Positions 53,601 through 64,000 of a stretch of 64,000 bases of DNA are shown here, piece after piece. Under the pieces are notes generated by a model, which saw nothing but the letters and a program-made list of their open reading frames with translations, did not search any database and was not told the origin of the DNA. Source of the stretch: Felis catus (Eukaryota); the NCBI RefSeq assembly GCF_018350175.1, contig NC_058383.1, forward strand, positions 1,860,001 to 1,924,000, written 5' to 3'. Each line of letters starts with the position of its first letter. The first letter of the stretch is position 1. Made by a program: the position numbers and the translations under genes.

Positions 53601-56600
53601 GAAGGGGCAAGCTCCCTCAGCACCAGGCCAGCCCCTCACGGTATCTGTAAGGACCTAGCATATTCACGCGTGCTCTCACACACACACACGTGCACACACG
53701 TATAGGCATGCATGCATACACACGCAAAAATGCACACTACGTGCACACGTGTGCATGCGTACGTGCACACATACAGATACACACGTGTGCATGCAAACAC
53801 GTACACTGGTACACATATTAATACGTGTGCACACACATTCACATGTACACACAGATACATATATACACAGATACCCTAACACATACACACGTACACTCAG
53901 GTACATTCACACACACGCACAGGTTCATGTACATACGTGAACACGCATACACATATGCATGCACACATGCATGCACATTCATACACACACTCACATACAC
54001 ATGCACACATACATACATACCTATACACACGCACTCACGTGAGCCTACACTCACGTGTATGTGTGCATGTGCACACACCCACACACCCACACACCCTCCA
54101 CGGGCAGACGAAGGCAAGCCACAGGCCTGTCCGCACGCCTGCCGGGCCACAGCCGGAACCCCTGCAGTGCCGGCCAAGACCACCCACGGTCTTCCCTCCT
54201 CGGCCCTGGCTTCACGGCTCTTTTCCCACTCCCCCGGAGTCAAGCCCTGAAAGTTCACGGGAGACTTCTCAACAGTTCCATCCCTGGCCAAGGAACAGCC
54301 GGACTCACTTTATAGGACTGCAGCAAATCCAGGAAGAGGTTCAACTTCTCCACCACGTCATTCTCTTCCTGTTTGCCCTAGAAAACAAGGGTGGGTGACC
54401 AACACCGAGCACCACGGGACCCAGAGGCCCGGCCACGGCCTCCCATCTGCAGGCCTGAGCCGGCCCTCCCCCCACGGCCACCAGCTAGCTCTGCAGAAGA
54501 GCCCCCTTCCCACACGACAGCCCCCCACACAAGGCAGGGGAGCCAGAGAAGCCAGCGGCCAGGTGAGAGCTACGTCCTGGGCCTCCAAGGTCACCCGTCC
54601 ACTTGCGCTCGCCGCTCAACACCACTGGGCCTCGCGGCCCGCCAAAGCCACGGTCACAGTTGGGGCCAGGCTGGCCTCCTGGGAACGCCCAATGCTAACA
54701 CTGTGCTCACGGCCACGTGTCCTGAAGGGCTACAGCACAGCTTACGTCCTTCAGCTCCCAACACTTGCCGAGCACCTCGCCCAGGCGCAGCACCGGCTCC
54801 TCACGAAAATGAGCCCTTTTCCGACCTCTAGAGCTCCAGCTGTGGCAGAGCATGAAGAGCGCCTCTCATAAACCGCACATCAGGCCCAGTGTGTAGAGGG
54901 TGCCGCCAGAAGGCGGCAGAAGGTGTGAAGAAGCGAATAGAAGGACGTGTCTGAGGGGGTCACGAGCACCGCACTGCGAGCCAGCGGTTCCGGCCCACGC
55001 TCTGCGGCCGACTCAGGGAACCCCAGGACTCCAGCCCGATGACCTCAGAGGCTCCAGGCCGCTCCAACCCACGCCCAGAGCCAAGATTCCAGCCAGTCTT
55101 TTAAAACCTGGAAAGGAAAACACCGGAGATCCACAGGTGCCCCGTTCCTTCCTGAGTGGGCAGGAGGGCCCAGGAGAATGGACCTCCCCCAACCCGTCTA
55201 GTAGGAGGAGGGCCTGAGGGTCATTCCTGCTCACGTCCCTGGCTCCCAGGTCCTCGTTCTAGTCTGATGCCCCAACGCATGAGACCCCACACCGCCATCC
55301 TGTCCTCAGGAAAACGGCCCGCTCTGGGTCTCAGCGGTCTCGCTGGGCTGCGGTGATGCAGATCTCCTCACAGTCTGCAGAGAACAAAGCCAGGACGCGT
55401 GGAGCCAGAGTGAGGAAAACCCTCCCTCGCATGCCTTTGCTCACACGGCCAGAGTGACTAGAACCCCGGCTGTGCTGGATCAAAGTCCCGATGGGCCTCT
55501 GATCCACTTTCACATTAAGACGACACTAATTCCACTTCACCGTGAAAACCACCGCGGACAGAGAGCAACATTCAGGAAGTGGCACTTCCTCAGACGTCGC
55601 ATTTCAAAGCAGCCTCCGTGAGATATCAGAGAATCTCGGAGCCGGGGGGAACTTCAAACTACGAACTTGCACATCAGAAGCCCGAACCCTGTCTCCCTCT
55701 TCAAACGCAGAAACCCAGCATCCAAATCTCAGTCGGAAACCACCGGAGACGACAGAGTTTGGAATTTCCACCCCGCGTTCTGCGTGACCTCAGGGGGTTC
55801 ACGGTGCGCCCCACACACACCCCCACCCCTGCCAGGAGGCTACTTGTTGAAGAAGGAGCTGTCTGGGGCCCAGGATCCCCGCAACCAGGATAGCTTCACT
55901 TTTCCGTTTTACAATCAGCTGTGAGGAAAGTTCAACAGGTTAAATGAGAAGTGTTTTAATGACTTCATCCAGCCCCCTCCTTTTCACAGACCAGAAACTG
56001 GCCCGAGACCAAAGGGACCTGAGCCACGTCCCACCACAAGACACCGGCCGCGCACCGAGCAGGCTCCCTCTCCACGCGGCCACACCTCCAACACCACGTG
56101 CCCGGTCCTCCCCGCGGTGGAAATGTGGGCGTCACGCAGACCTGGACACGGACTGGGCCCGGCACCAATTCCGAGAGACGCCAACACCAGTTTCTCATGG
56201 GAACACACAGGCACCAGAACCACAGAGGAAGAAAACCCGGGACTTTCCCTACCCGCAACAAGATCAGATCCCTTCTTCAACACTCAGAGATATCCTGGGC
56301 CCCTGAGGGCCCCACGTGAAGCCTGAAAATCCCCCAATTCCACGCTTGGGGATCGGCCACCGTCACTGTGTTCTCCGGCTTGCTACTAAGGAGCTTTGCG
56401 TCTGAGGCAGCAAGGCTTTCCCAAGTACATCATTTTAATTTATTTAAAACCATCTACCGTTTTTAGACGGTTTTAGATGGTTAGGGAAAGACCGTTTCCC
56501 CAAGAACTGGGCAGCAAATGCTCACCCTCGAAGTCATGTAGCAGTTTTACAGCATAAAAGCACCCAGATGAGCCTTTCCGGCGGTCAGTGAACACCGCAC

Positions 56601-59600
56601 CTTCCAATCGATCCCCAACGACCACACCGCACCTGTGTGGATGGCGGAAACATTTCCGGAGTCTAACTGGGTATCTGGGGGGTACGAGGGGGCTCTCGCG
56701 GGGTGCTGCAGCTTACTCGTTGTTCTCTTGGGTGACCGAGGGGCCAAATACTTGCTGGCTGGGACAGCACAGCGGAAACTATTTGGTCCACCCACAGGTA
56801 TCTGAGGAAGTCAGAGATTACGTTTGCCAGGGCAGTTACAGCGTCTGATTTCAGCAGAGTCAACCCTCCGAAGATCAGACCCCATCTGTCTTCGTCATCA
56901 GCAACCCTCTTCAGAGTCAACGGCTCACGGGAAGCCGCTCGGAACTGACGGGGATGTGCAGTTCCCGCGGGGCCCGGCAATCCACTCGCCGCAGACTCTG
57001 ACCTCTGAAGTGCACGTGAGAAGATGTCCTGTGTGTGCTCCCCAGGTACAGAATGTTCTTCGGAACGGACACCGTGGAGAACAAATTCACTCACCTGCTG
57101 GGCGGCCTTGTCGGCGAGCAGTGCAAATTCAACGGACAGGCCTTTCAGTGCCTGTTTCAGGGACCCCCACGTGCTACTGTGCAGAGTGGCCCAGGAGGGG
57201 AGCGGGGTCGTATCAGACCCTAAAGCACTAAGGGAAAAAGAGACGGACGACAAGACACTCAAGGCCTGGGAGCTGACCTGGCCGTCCGCCACGACAACCC
57301 GTGACCCAGGACGTGCCTCAGCCCCTCCCCCAGACCTCAGGACCAGTCCCGGCCAGCAACCCCCAGCGCCTGCGGGGGAGGGCGGAGTCATGCTGACAAC
57401 AGCCCTCAGTGTCCTTTTCCAAGTGAAATCGACCCCTTCTCAGATCTAGTCCCGACCTCGGGAGAACGTGTGACATACATGTGACACACGTGTGACATAG
57501 TGGTGCACACTCACGTATTGAGGGATCCACGTTTCCCTGCCTAAATGCCTCAGTTTTCTTCTTCCTAACATCACTGACCATTTCCCCAACTCTCTGCTTC
57601 CCCTTTCCAAAGTGAACCAGGTCAAAACAGAGGGGGTTCTGGGCAAGCACCTCTGCCTGGACGTCGGCAGGCCCCTCCCCACCTGACCGAGCCCTGCAGA
57701 GCTGGGGGCACCTGCCTCAGCTCCTTCCCGAAGATGAGGAGGTCAGCAGCATTGTCGATGGCCCTCGACGCAATCCGCTCGGCCCGGTCGCGAAGCTTGT
57801 GGAAGCTGTTGTAGATGTTTCGAATGAGCTCCCGGCTGACGGCGAACTGAGTCTGGATGTCGGCTGGGAGGAAGTCCTGACAGGGAGGAGAGAAGGCCGT
57901 GGGTTACTGGCCGTGAAGTGCCTTGGGGAAAAAGACGACCGTCGGCAGGGGAAGAACGGTACCACTGAGCAGCCACTGAGCCCAGACGCCAGGCCACGGG
58001 GGCACTTCGCTGGGCCTCCCTTCTGGTCCAGGAAAGAAACAGCCCATCATCACCCACACACCACGGACACGAAGCGGAGCGGCCCCTAGTGTCCGCTGAA
58101 GCCGGATCAAACTGACGTCCTGCCGAAACACACCCCTGTACTAACCTTCAAGTACTAACCTTCAAGTACTAATCCTCAAGCTCAGAGTGACAATCACAAA
58201 GTCCTAACCCTTCCCTCGAGGCAGGGCTTCCCAGGGGCCCTCACTTTCCCCCAAGAATCAACTTCTCACCAGCTTTACCGTTCACTACCCGCTAATATTA
58301 ACCATCGTTTACCGTAACATTAACTAGATAATGCTTACAAAACGGGCTGCTTAGGGAATGAAATGAAGGTAAGATACATGTATTTCTGTACGGAGAAGCA
58401 GTTTAACAAGAAAAGAGGGCCGCCCAGGGGTTCAGTCAGCTAAGCGTCCGACTCTTGGTTTCAGCTCAGGTCACGATCTCGCGGTCTGTGGGATCGAGCC
58501 CCACGCCAGGCTCTGTGCTGACAATGCAGAGCCTGCTTGAGATCCTCTCTCTCCCTCTCTCTGCCCCTCCCCAATCGCTCTGGCTCGCTCTCTCTCAAAA
58601 TAAACATCAAAAAATTTCAAAAAGGAAAGGAAAAAAGCTAGCCAACAGCTACCTTAATTCTTTTTGAAAAAAAGAACAGACTAAATTTTAAAATAAACCA
58701 ATGTGACAATCACTCCCCTGAAATCCGAGAAGCTAGTGACGAAGCCAGTGTCCGCCCGAATCACAAAAAGCCTCAGTCACGTCCGGGCAGGCCGCTCAGA
58801 AGTCTGGGACCTTGCCAGACGACAGCCTCTCTGAGCCTGTCTCCCCATCTGGGAAATGGGCGGCACACCCGCCGTCTGAAAGGAGAGCCGATGAGAAAAC
58901 CGCACCGCGGGCCTTCGTGCCGTCTCCAGCACGCGGGGGAGGCCCAGGGCGGTAGCTGGTACGCAGTTGCCGCCCTGGTTGGGGGGGCGAGCGTGGCGGC
59001 GGGAGCGGTACCTTGGCCCGAGGAGCCAGCTTGCAGCTCATGAACTCGTCTCCAACACACTGAGCCGACTCCTTCAACTTGTTCTGCACGTCCTGCGAAA
59101 GGAAGACAGAAACGCCACATCCACCAGCCGCAGCAGCGTCTGCCTGAGACCCATTAAGTCAGCGAAAGGCAGGATGTAGTCCTTCCTCGGGAGAGCCAGG
59201 TTTCCACGGATCTGCTCTCACGTAAGTATCCAGACTCTCTTCCCGGACTTTTCTCCACTGACCTCCACCTTCAGGACGGCCGTCCACAGACAGGAAAGCC
59301 TGACCTAACGGCAGCTCCGGAGGGGAGACCTGTCTCCAGGAAACAGAGACCACACGCACACGGCAGGGACGGCGTCCGTGCTGCTGTCGGGCTCGTCACA
59401 TCCGCTAAGTCCCACCCACGTGGGGCACAGGGACCAGAGACGAGGTCTCTTCCTCCCTGCACACAGACCCACGGGCCCCAGGCCCACGGAGCCCCGGGAG
59501 AGCTGGTGGGCAGCACACAGGGGCCCAGCCCGGCCCTCTGACAGCAGGCCTCCGTGGCAGTCCACGTCAAGGACCCACAAAGAGCCACGGGAGACACAGG

Positions 59601-61448
59601 CAAAGATCCTAACATGCAGCTGTTTGTGGGTCAAGGAATTCTAGAATTTCAGAGAGGCCCTGAAGACCCTCTGGCCCAATTCTCTCGTTTTACCAGAGGA
59701 AAGAGTCAAGGAGGCCATAGGGACACTCTACCTGTGTGAGAACAAGGGGTCAGAGGAGCCTTAGCCTCTAGAATGGGGGCGCCGTCCGGCTCCACGTCTC
59801 GGAGCACCCTCCCGTCGTGAGCCGTATACAGCTCCCACGTCCCACCACGTTCCTCTTGTGGCAATGAAGATCCCTGCTCTAAAGGAACCCGTCCACCCAG
59901 CGTTCAGAAGACCCACACTCCCAGCTCTAGGGCAGGTAGTCACAGAAACGTCCCCTGAACGACTGCTTTAGGTCCCATAAAAGAGGCAAAGGTGACAGGT
60001 ACCCCTGGCTGGCATAGAGGGAAAGCCAGCGGCCTTCTCAAGGAGGGTCTCGGTGTGTCTCATCTTCCTGCAGGGGAAGGGAGTGTGGGATCGAGCCCCT
60101 CCTAGGTCCCTGGGGAAGGGAAAGCTACCGTGTCGGAGCCCCACCCCCACCCCACCCTCTTCCTAGGCGGAGCCGGCCGCCCTGGGGACCAGGCAGTGAC
60201 TTCCTCCACAACTGTGAACAAGGACACTGCAAGACAGCAGAGGGACGCCCACGGCCGCCTGGTTTCTAACTGAAACTAACATCCACGTGGAGACAGTCCC
60301 GGCACGCAGGTCTATGCCGCAGCTCCCCTAGAAAGACTCGGCTCAGGGGACTCCTGGGGGGCTCAGTCAGGTAAGCGTCCAACTTCGGCTCAGGCCATGA
60401 TCTCACGCTTCGTGAGTTGGAGCCCCGTGTTGGGCTCTGTGCTGAAGGTTCAGAGCCTGGAGCCTGCTTGGGATCCTCTGTTCCCCTCTCTCTCTGCCCC
60501 TCCCTTGTGTGCGTGCTCTCTCTCTCTCTCTCTCTCTCTCACTCAAAAATAAACATTAAAAAAATATATGACTCAACTCAGCCTTCCAGTGGTACTTAAG
60601 GTGGCTCTTTTCGCTTCCCAGAAATCGCTCATCCTGATCTGGGGTCTCGAGCATTTCCGTAACCCCTCCCAAACAGAGCCTCTGTGACCGAGCCTCAGTG
60701 CCCACGGCGACCGTGCAGAGAACCCTCTACCTGGATACACAAAATCCTGCCAAGCCAAAGCCAGGGGCGCCTCATAACGTTACACCCCCGTGATCTGGGA
60801 GGAGAGCAGATGTCACTCCTGGCACCACGAGGTCAGCAGACTCCCCGAGGGCCCCCAAACGAGGAGGGCAGGAGAACAAGCACGCTTAGGAATGCCACTC
60901 ACGCGGGGAGACTCGGGGCACACCCACAGCAGAGTGATACTCACCGGGCCACTGAAGGACAGGAAGAGCCGGAGGGCCACGTCCTCGGAGAACGGGGGGT
61001 GCCGGGCCACCAGGTTAATGAAGCGCCTCAGGGCCCTGCGCCGGGCCTCAATGAACTCGCGGTCGGCTGCAGACCGAGAGCAAGGGGTCGGCCGGCAGCC
61101 TGCGCCGCGCCCCCCGCCCCCCCCCACCCCGGCCATCTGGAAACGTGACGGGAAAGCCCGGGTCCCTTCTGTCGTAGCCCACAGTAGCCGCCCCTCGCCG
61201 GTCCCCAGCGTGAGCGCTGGGCGCCACCAGTGGGGAACGAGGGGGTCCGCGGCACCCACCCTAACTGGCCCCGGCCTTCCCGCGCACGTCTCGCACCGGG
61301 CGCCCCGGCCCCCGCCCGAGCCCGCTCTACCTCCCAGCACTCTCTTGGGCGGAAGGGCCGGCACCATGCGGTAGGGGAACTTCTGCAGCAGCATCTCGTG
61401 GAAAACCACGAAGTCGTTGTACCGTCTGTACACGGAGGACCTGAAGCG
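50529..61448 (-). CDS. SNX8: Sorting nexin-8 (PX-BAR), 3' part; join(complement 61331-61448, 60945-61066, 59012-59092, 57716-57876, 57095-57227, 54309-54377, 52575-52724, 52043-52192, 50529-50639); first exons beyond window end
   Basis: Nine exons (118,122,81,161,133,69,150,150,111 nt) join in frame: RFRSSVYRRYNDFVVFHEMLLQKFPYRMVPALPPKR (PX motif RRY..F, PxxPxK)...BAR helices...MSKVWNDLKPKLNCLF...DGVSPR*. Confidence 0.97.
52043..52192 (-). CDS. SNX8: SNX8 exon
   Basis: QENAIQTMELRGYFSLYCLHQEMQLVHVYLPLTSHILGAFVNSQIQGHKE; 150 nt. Confidence 0.95.
52575..52724 (-). CDS. SNX8: SNX8 exon
   Basis: DLCERHEKGVLHKHQRALHKYSLMKRQMMSATVQSREPDSVEQLESRIVE; 150 nt. Confidence 0.95.
52861..53059. repeat. 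29-bp CpG-rich minisatellite x7
   Basis: Unit TCCGCGCCGTTCACTCGCGAGCCTCTCCC at 52861, 52890, 52919, 52948, 52977 (25 bp), 53002, 53031. Confidence 0.92.
53665..54095. repeat. Compound alternating purine-pyrimidine (CA/TA/TG/CG) low-complexity tract
   Basis: ~430 bp of CACA/TACA/TGCA/CGTG units. Confidence 0.92.
54309..54377 (-). CDS. SNX8: SNX8 exon
   Basis: GKQEENDVVEKLNLFLDLLQSYK; 69 nt. Confidence 0.95.
57095..57227 (-). CDS. SNX8: SNX8 exon
   Basis: (S)ALGSDTTPLPSWATLHSSTWGSLKQALKGLSVEFALLADKAAQQ; 133 nt. Confidence 0.95.
57716..57876 (-). CDS. SNX8: SNX8 exon with non-canonical GC donor
   Basis: DFLPADIQTQFAVSRELIRNIYNSFHKLRDRAERIASRAIDNAADLLIFGKEL(S); frame continuity requires donor AG|GCAGGT. 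Confidence 0.92.
58138..58180. repeat. 14-bp tandem repeat x3 (GTACTAACCTTCAA)
   Basis: Read directly. Confidence 0.9.
58417..58637 (+). mobile_element. CAN-SINE
   Basis: TCAGTCAGCTAAGCGTCCGACT...GGTCACGATCTC...GGATCGAGCCCC, (CT)n, AATAAA, A tail. Confidence 0.9.
59012..59092 (-). CDS. SNX8: SNX8 exon
   Basis: DVQNKLKESAQCVGDEFMSCKLAPRAK; 81 nt. Confidence 0.95.
60346..60565 (+). mobile_element. CAN-SINE
   Basis: Head, (CT)n, AATAAA, A tail; imperfect TSD GACTCGGCTCA / GACTCAACTCA. Confidence 0.9.
60945..61066 (-). CDS. SNX8: SNX8 exon (PX domain end)
   Basis: ADREFIEARRRALRRFINLVARHPPFSEDVALRLFLSFSGP; 122 nt. Confidence 0.95.
61331..61448 (-). CDS. SNX8: SNX8 exon (PX domain)
   Basis: RFRSSVYRRYNDFVVFHEMLLQKFPYRMVPALPPKRVLG; 118 nt. 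Confidence 0.95.
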
Positions 61449-61799
61449 CTAGAAGACAAGAGGGCCCGCGCTCACGCCGGACGCCGGAAACCTCCCCGGG
61501 TCAGCGCTCCCCTCCCTCCCAACCCCCCACCCCGAGACAGAACCCGCGCGGCGCGGGGCCTCATCCCCGCTCACGGGGCCTCCACGGCAAGGACGGGCGC
61601 CCTCCTCCCTCCTGGCACCGCGCGGCTCGGGCCTCACGTCCAGCCCCCACCGCGGTCTTCACGGAGCGCTCAGCCGCGAAGCCGGCACCCACCCCACCCT
61701 CAAAGGCAGCGCTCGGACCGGAGGCCTTCCCCACTGGGGGCCGGGGCCGTCCTCCCACACACGCCCCAACACCGGCGCGACCAGCGCGACGGCGTCCCG

Positions 61800-62445
61800 G
61801 GCCCAGCGGTCGACGCAGACCGGACCCCGACAAGGGGGGCAGACGGAACGGACGTCCGACTGCAAGTCCGTCTGCCCCGTGGCAGATAAAACCGCGGGTG
61901 CCACGAGGGATCCACGCGACAGAGGCGCGACCTGGACCTACTGGAAGGGCCCACGCGACGGACGCGCATGAGCCGCTAGCCTGGGAAGTAATACACAAGC
62001 TGCCCTGGTGGTAAATGATACTGCGGAGTGAGAGAGGCCGGGTGATTCCAACGACAGGACGTCCTGGAAGAGGCGGAGCTGCACAGGCAGAAGACGGGGG
62101 CTGCCTGGGCTCAGGGAGGAGGGAGGAGCAGGGGGAGCACAGGGGACTTTTAGGGCGGCGAACAGCGCGAGGGACACGGGACGGTGGACACCTGCCATCC
62201 CACGTTCGCCCAAACCCACAGAACGTGCACCCACCCAGAGGGACCCTCCCGTGACCCATGGACTCCGGGTGATAACAGCGTGTCAGTGTGGGGTCACCGG
62301 CTGTGAAAAATCCACCATCTGGGGGACACCGATAATGGGGGAGTCGGGGGGGAGCGGGGAATTACGGGAAATCTCTGTCCATTCAGCTCAATGTTGCGGT
62401 GAATCTAAAACTACCCCCTAAAAATAAAGTCTACAAAAAAATTAA
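61800..62445 (+). mobile_element. Ancient L1MC-type 3' end
   Basis: CCCACAGAACGTGCAC...ATGGACTCCGGGTGATAA...GCTCAATGTTGCGGTGAATCTAAAACT...AAAATAAAGTCTA; 5' boundary approximate. Confidence 0.7.
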
Positions 62446-62806
62446 ACATGCTACATGAAGAAAAACAGTCAGTTGTGCCACGTGCTGGGTACTGCGTGTG
62501 TCACGCCCCCTCTGGATCTGCCCCAGCCTCTGGCGAGCGGGATGCAGGACAAAACGCGTGGGCCCTCTGCCTGAACACCTGCAGGCTGATCCCTCCGCCC
62601 GGCAGGGCTGCCTCCTTACGAGACGACACACGTGCTTAAGGAATTACGTTACTGAGACGGAAAGGGCCAGAAGCCCAACCTCATGCCCCTCTGATGCGCC
62701 GTCACCTGGGGGAATGGCACCCATGGGCATGGGAGAACTAAGTTTACTCACAGGCCTCGGTGACCACAGCTTGGAAACACCATGAAACAAAAACCCTGTG
62801 ATTCCT

Positions 62807-62994
62807 GGGGTGCCCAGGTGGCTCAGTTGGTTCGACTTTGGCTCAGGTCACGATCTCTCAGTTCACGGGATAAAGCCCCACGTTGGGCTCTGTGCTGACA
62901 GCACAGAGCCTGGAGCCTGCTTTGGATCCTCTGCCCCCCTCTTGCTCTCTCTCAAAAATAAATGAAAACATTAAAAAAAAAAAAAACAAAAAAA
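62807..62994 (+). mobile_element. CAN-SINE (first of tandem pair)
   Basis: GGGGTGCCCAGGTGGCTCAGTTGGTT head, body, AATAAA, long A tail. Confidence 0.9.
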
Positions 62995-62998
62995 TACA

Positions 62999-63197
62999 GC
63001 GGCACCTGGGTGGCTCAGTCAGTTAAGTGTCCATCCTGATTTCGACTCCGGTTAAGATCTCACATTTCATGAGTTCGAGCACTCTGCACTGACTGCAGAG
63101 CCTCCCTGGGATTCTCTCTCTCTCCTCTCTCTCGGCCCCTCCCCTGCTCACTCCTTCTCTCTCAAAAATAAATAAAAACATTTAAAAAAAAAAAAAG
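62999..63197 (+). mobile_element. CAN-SINE (second of tandem pair)
   Basis: GGCACCTGGGTGGCTCAGTCAGTTAAG head, GAGTTCGAG, (CT)n, AATAAA, A tail. Confidence 0.9.
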
Positions 63198-63468
63198 GAA
63201 AGAAAGAAACCACCTTGTGATTCTGGATTCCCATGGCACATGCACACGGCCGTTCGGTTCAGAAAACGCACTTCCTCCCTGGATGACGACCGAAGCCTGA
63301 CAGTGGCGGGGCCCCGTCACCAGGGCGGCCCTCTTGCCGGTGGGGCCCTGCTCTACCTGTCCCTGCACATCCCCCCCTGACACAGAGGGGCTGCACAAGA
63401 CCCAGGGATGCTGTCGGCTTGTCAATGACTTACTCCTCAGTTTGTGAAGAATAAATCCCTCCCCCCGC

Positions 63469-63571
63469 CAATGTTTATCCTAACAGCACTGGGATATAGA
63501 AAGAGAACAGACACACACACCCGCCCCCAGTATTTATTCTAACAGCACCGGGATTTAGAAAGAGGACAGAT
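63469..63571. repeat. 59-bp-period tandem duplication
   Basis: TTTATCCTAACAGCACTGGGATATAGAAAGAGAACAGA vs TTTATTCTAACAGCACCGGGATTTAGAAAGAGGACAGA. Confidence 0.85.
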
Positions 63572-64000
63572 AGAGGGACAGGCATATCAGTCCATGCAGA
63601 CTCGCAGTCCTGGTGCCAGACACCTCATGAAGTCCGATATCGGCGGGCAGGATAACAGGGCAGATGGCGTCCTTAGCGGGGATGAGGCGGACACACCAGT
63701 CCTGCCCTCCAAACTGGGTTCGCCGCCGGAAGCCCCCACTCTATCCTCAGGATTTCCCAGTTACTACAAAACCACTCCCAGGCCGGCGTGTGCCCGCACC
63801 TTGTGCTCAGAAGAGGAGTGAGCTCCCACAAAGCAGCATCCCAGACGCAGGGAAGAGGGGAGCGGGCTGGGCTAGGGGTGTGGCTGAGCCAGAACAGGAC
63901 CCAGGGACACACACACGCAGGCTCTGAAGACGTCTGTTGGGCACCCTGGCTCTGAGCGTCGAGTTTTGGGTCTCACCTTTAAGCCCAGCGCAGACTCTCT

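Noticed and set aside
53636..54398. His/Thr- and Cys/Val-rich ORFs
   Set aside because: Translations of the (CA)/(TG) low-complexity tract.

Overview
GC- and CpG-rich mammalian genomic DNA from a carnivore, most likely a felid, judging by CAN/SINEC_Fc-type SINEs and a felid-type L1 3' end. It holds the conserved MAD1L1-MRM2(FTSJ2)-NUDT1(MTH1)-SNX8 cluster. MAD1L1 (-) has its CpG-island promoter at ~33.5 kb and 8 coding exons (first 328 codons), then continues off the left edge through a long intron. MRM2 (-, 3 exons, 246 aa) and NUDT1 (+, 3 coding exons, 156 aa) are complete and share a bidirectional promoter at ~39.9-40.0 kb. SNX8 (-) shows its last 9 coding exons and a ~2.6 kb 3' UTR converging on NUDT1. 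I read all splice junctions from the sequence and the reading frames join correctly. I found no new protein-coding system; the long ORFs in the track are GC-rich artefacts. The best second-look items are an L1 insertion with a 3' transduction and CpG-decayed TSDs, a GC-AG donor in SNX8 with a competing frameshifting GT, and an exact telomeric 22-mer in a short MAD1L1 intron. Also notable are the weak NUDT1 poly(A) signal with possible NUDT1/SNX8 3' overlap, inverted SINEs around an in-frame MAD1L1 exon, and several homeodomain-motif-rich AT islands.
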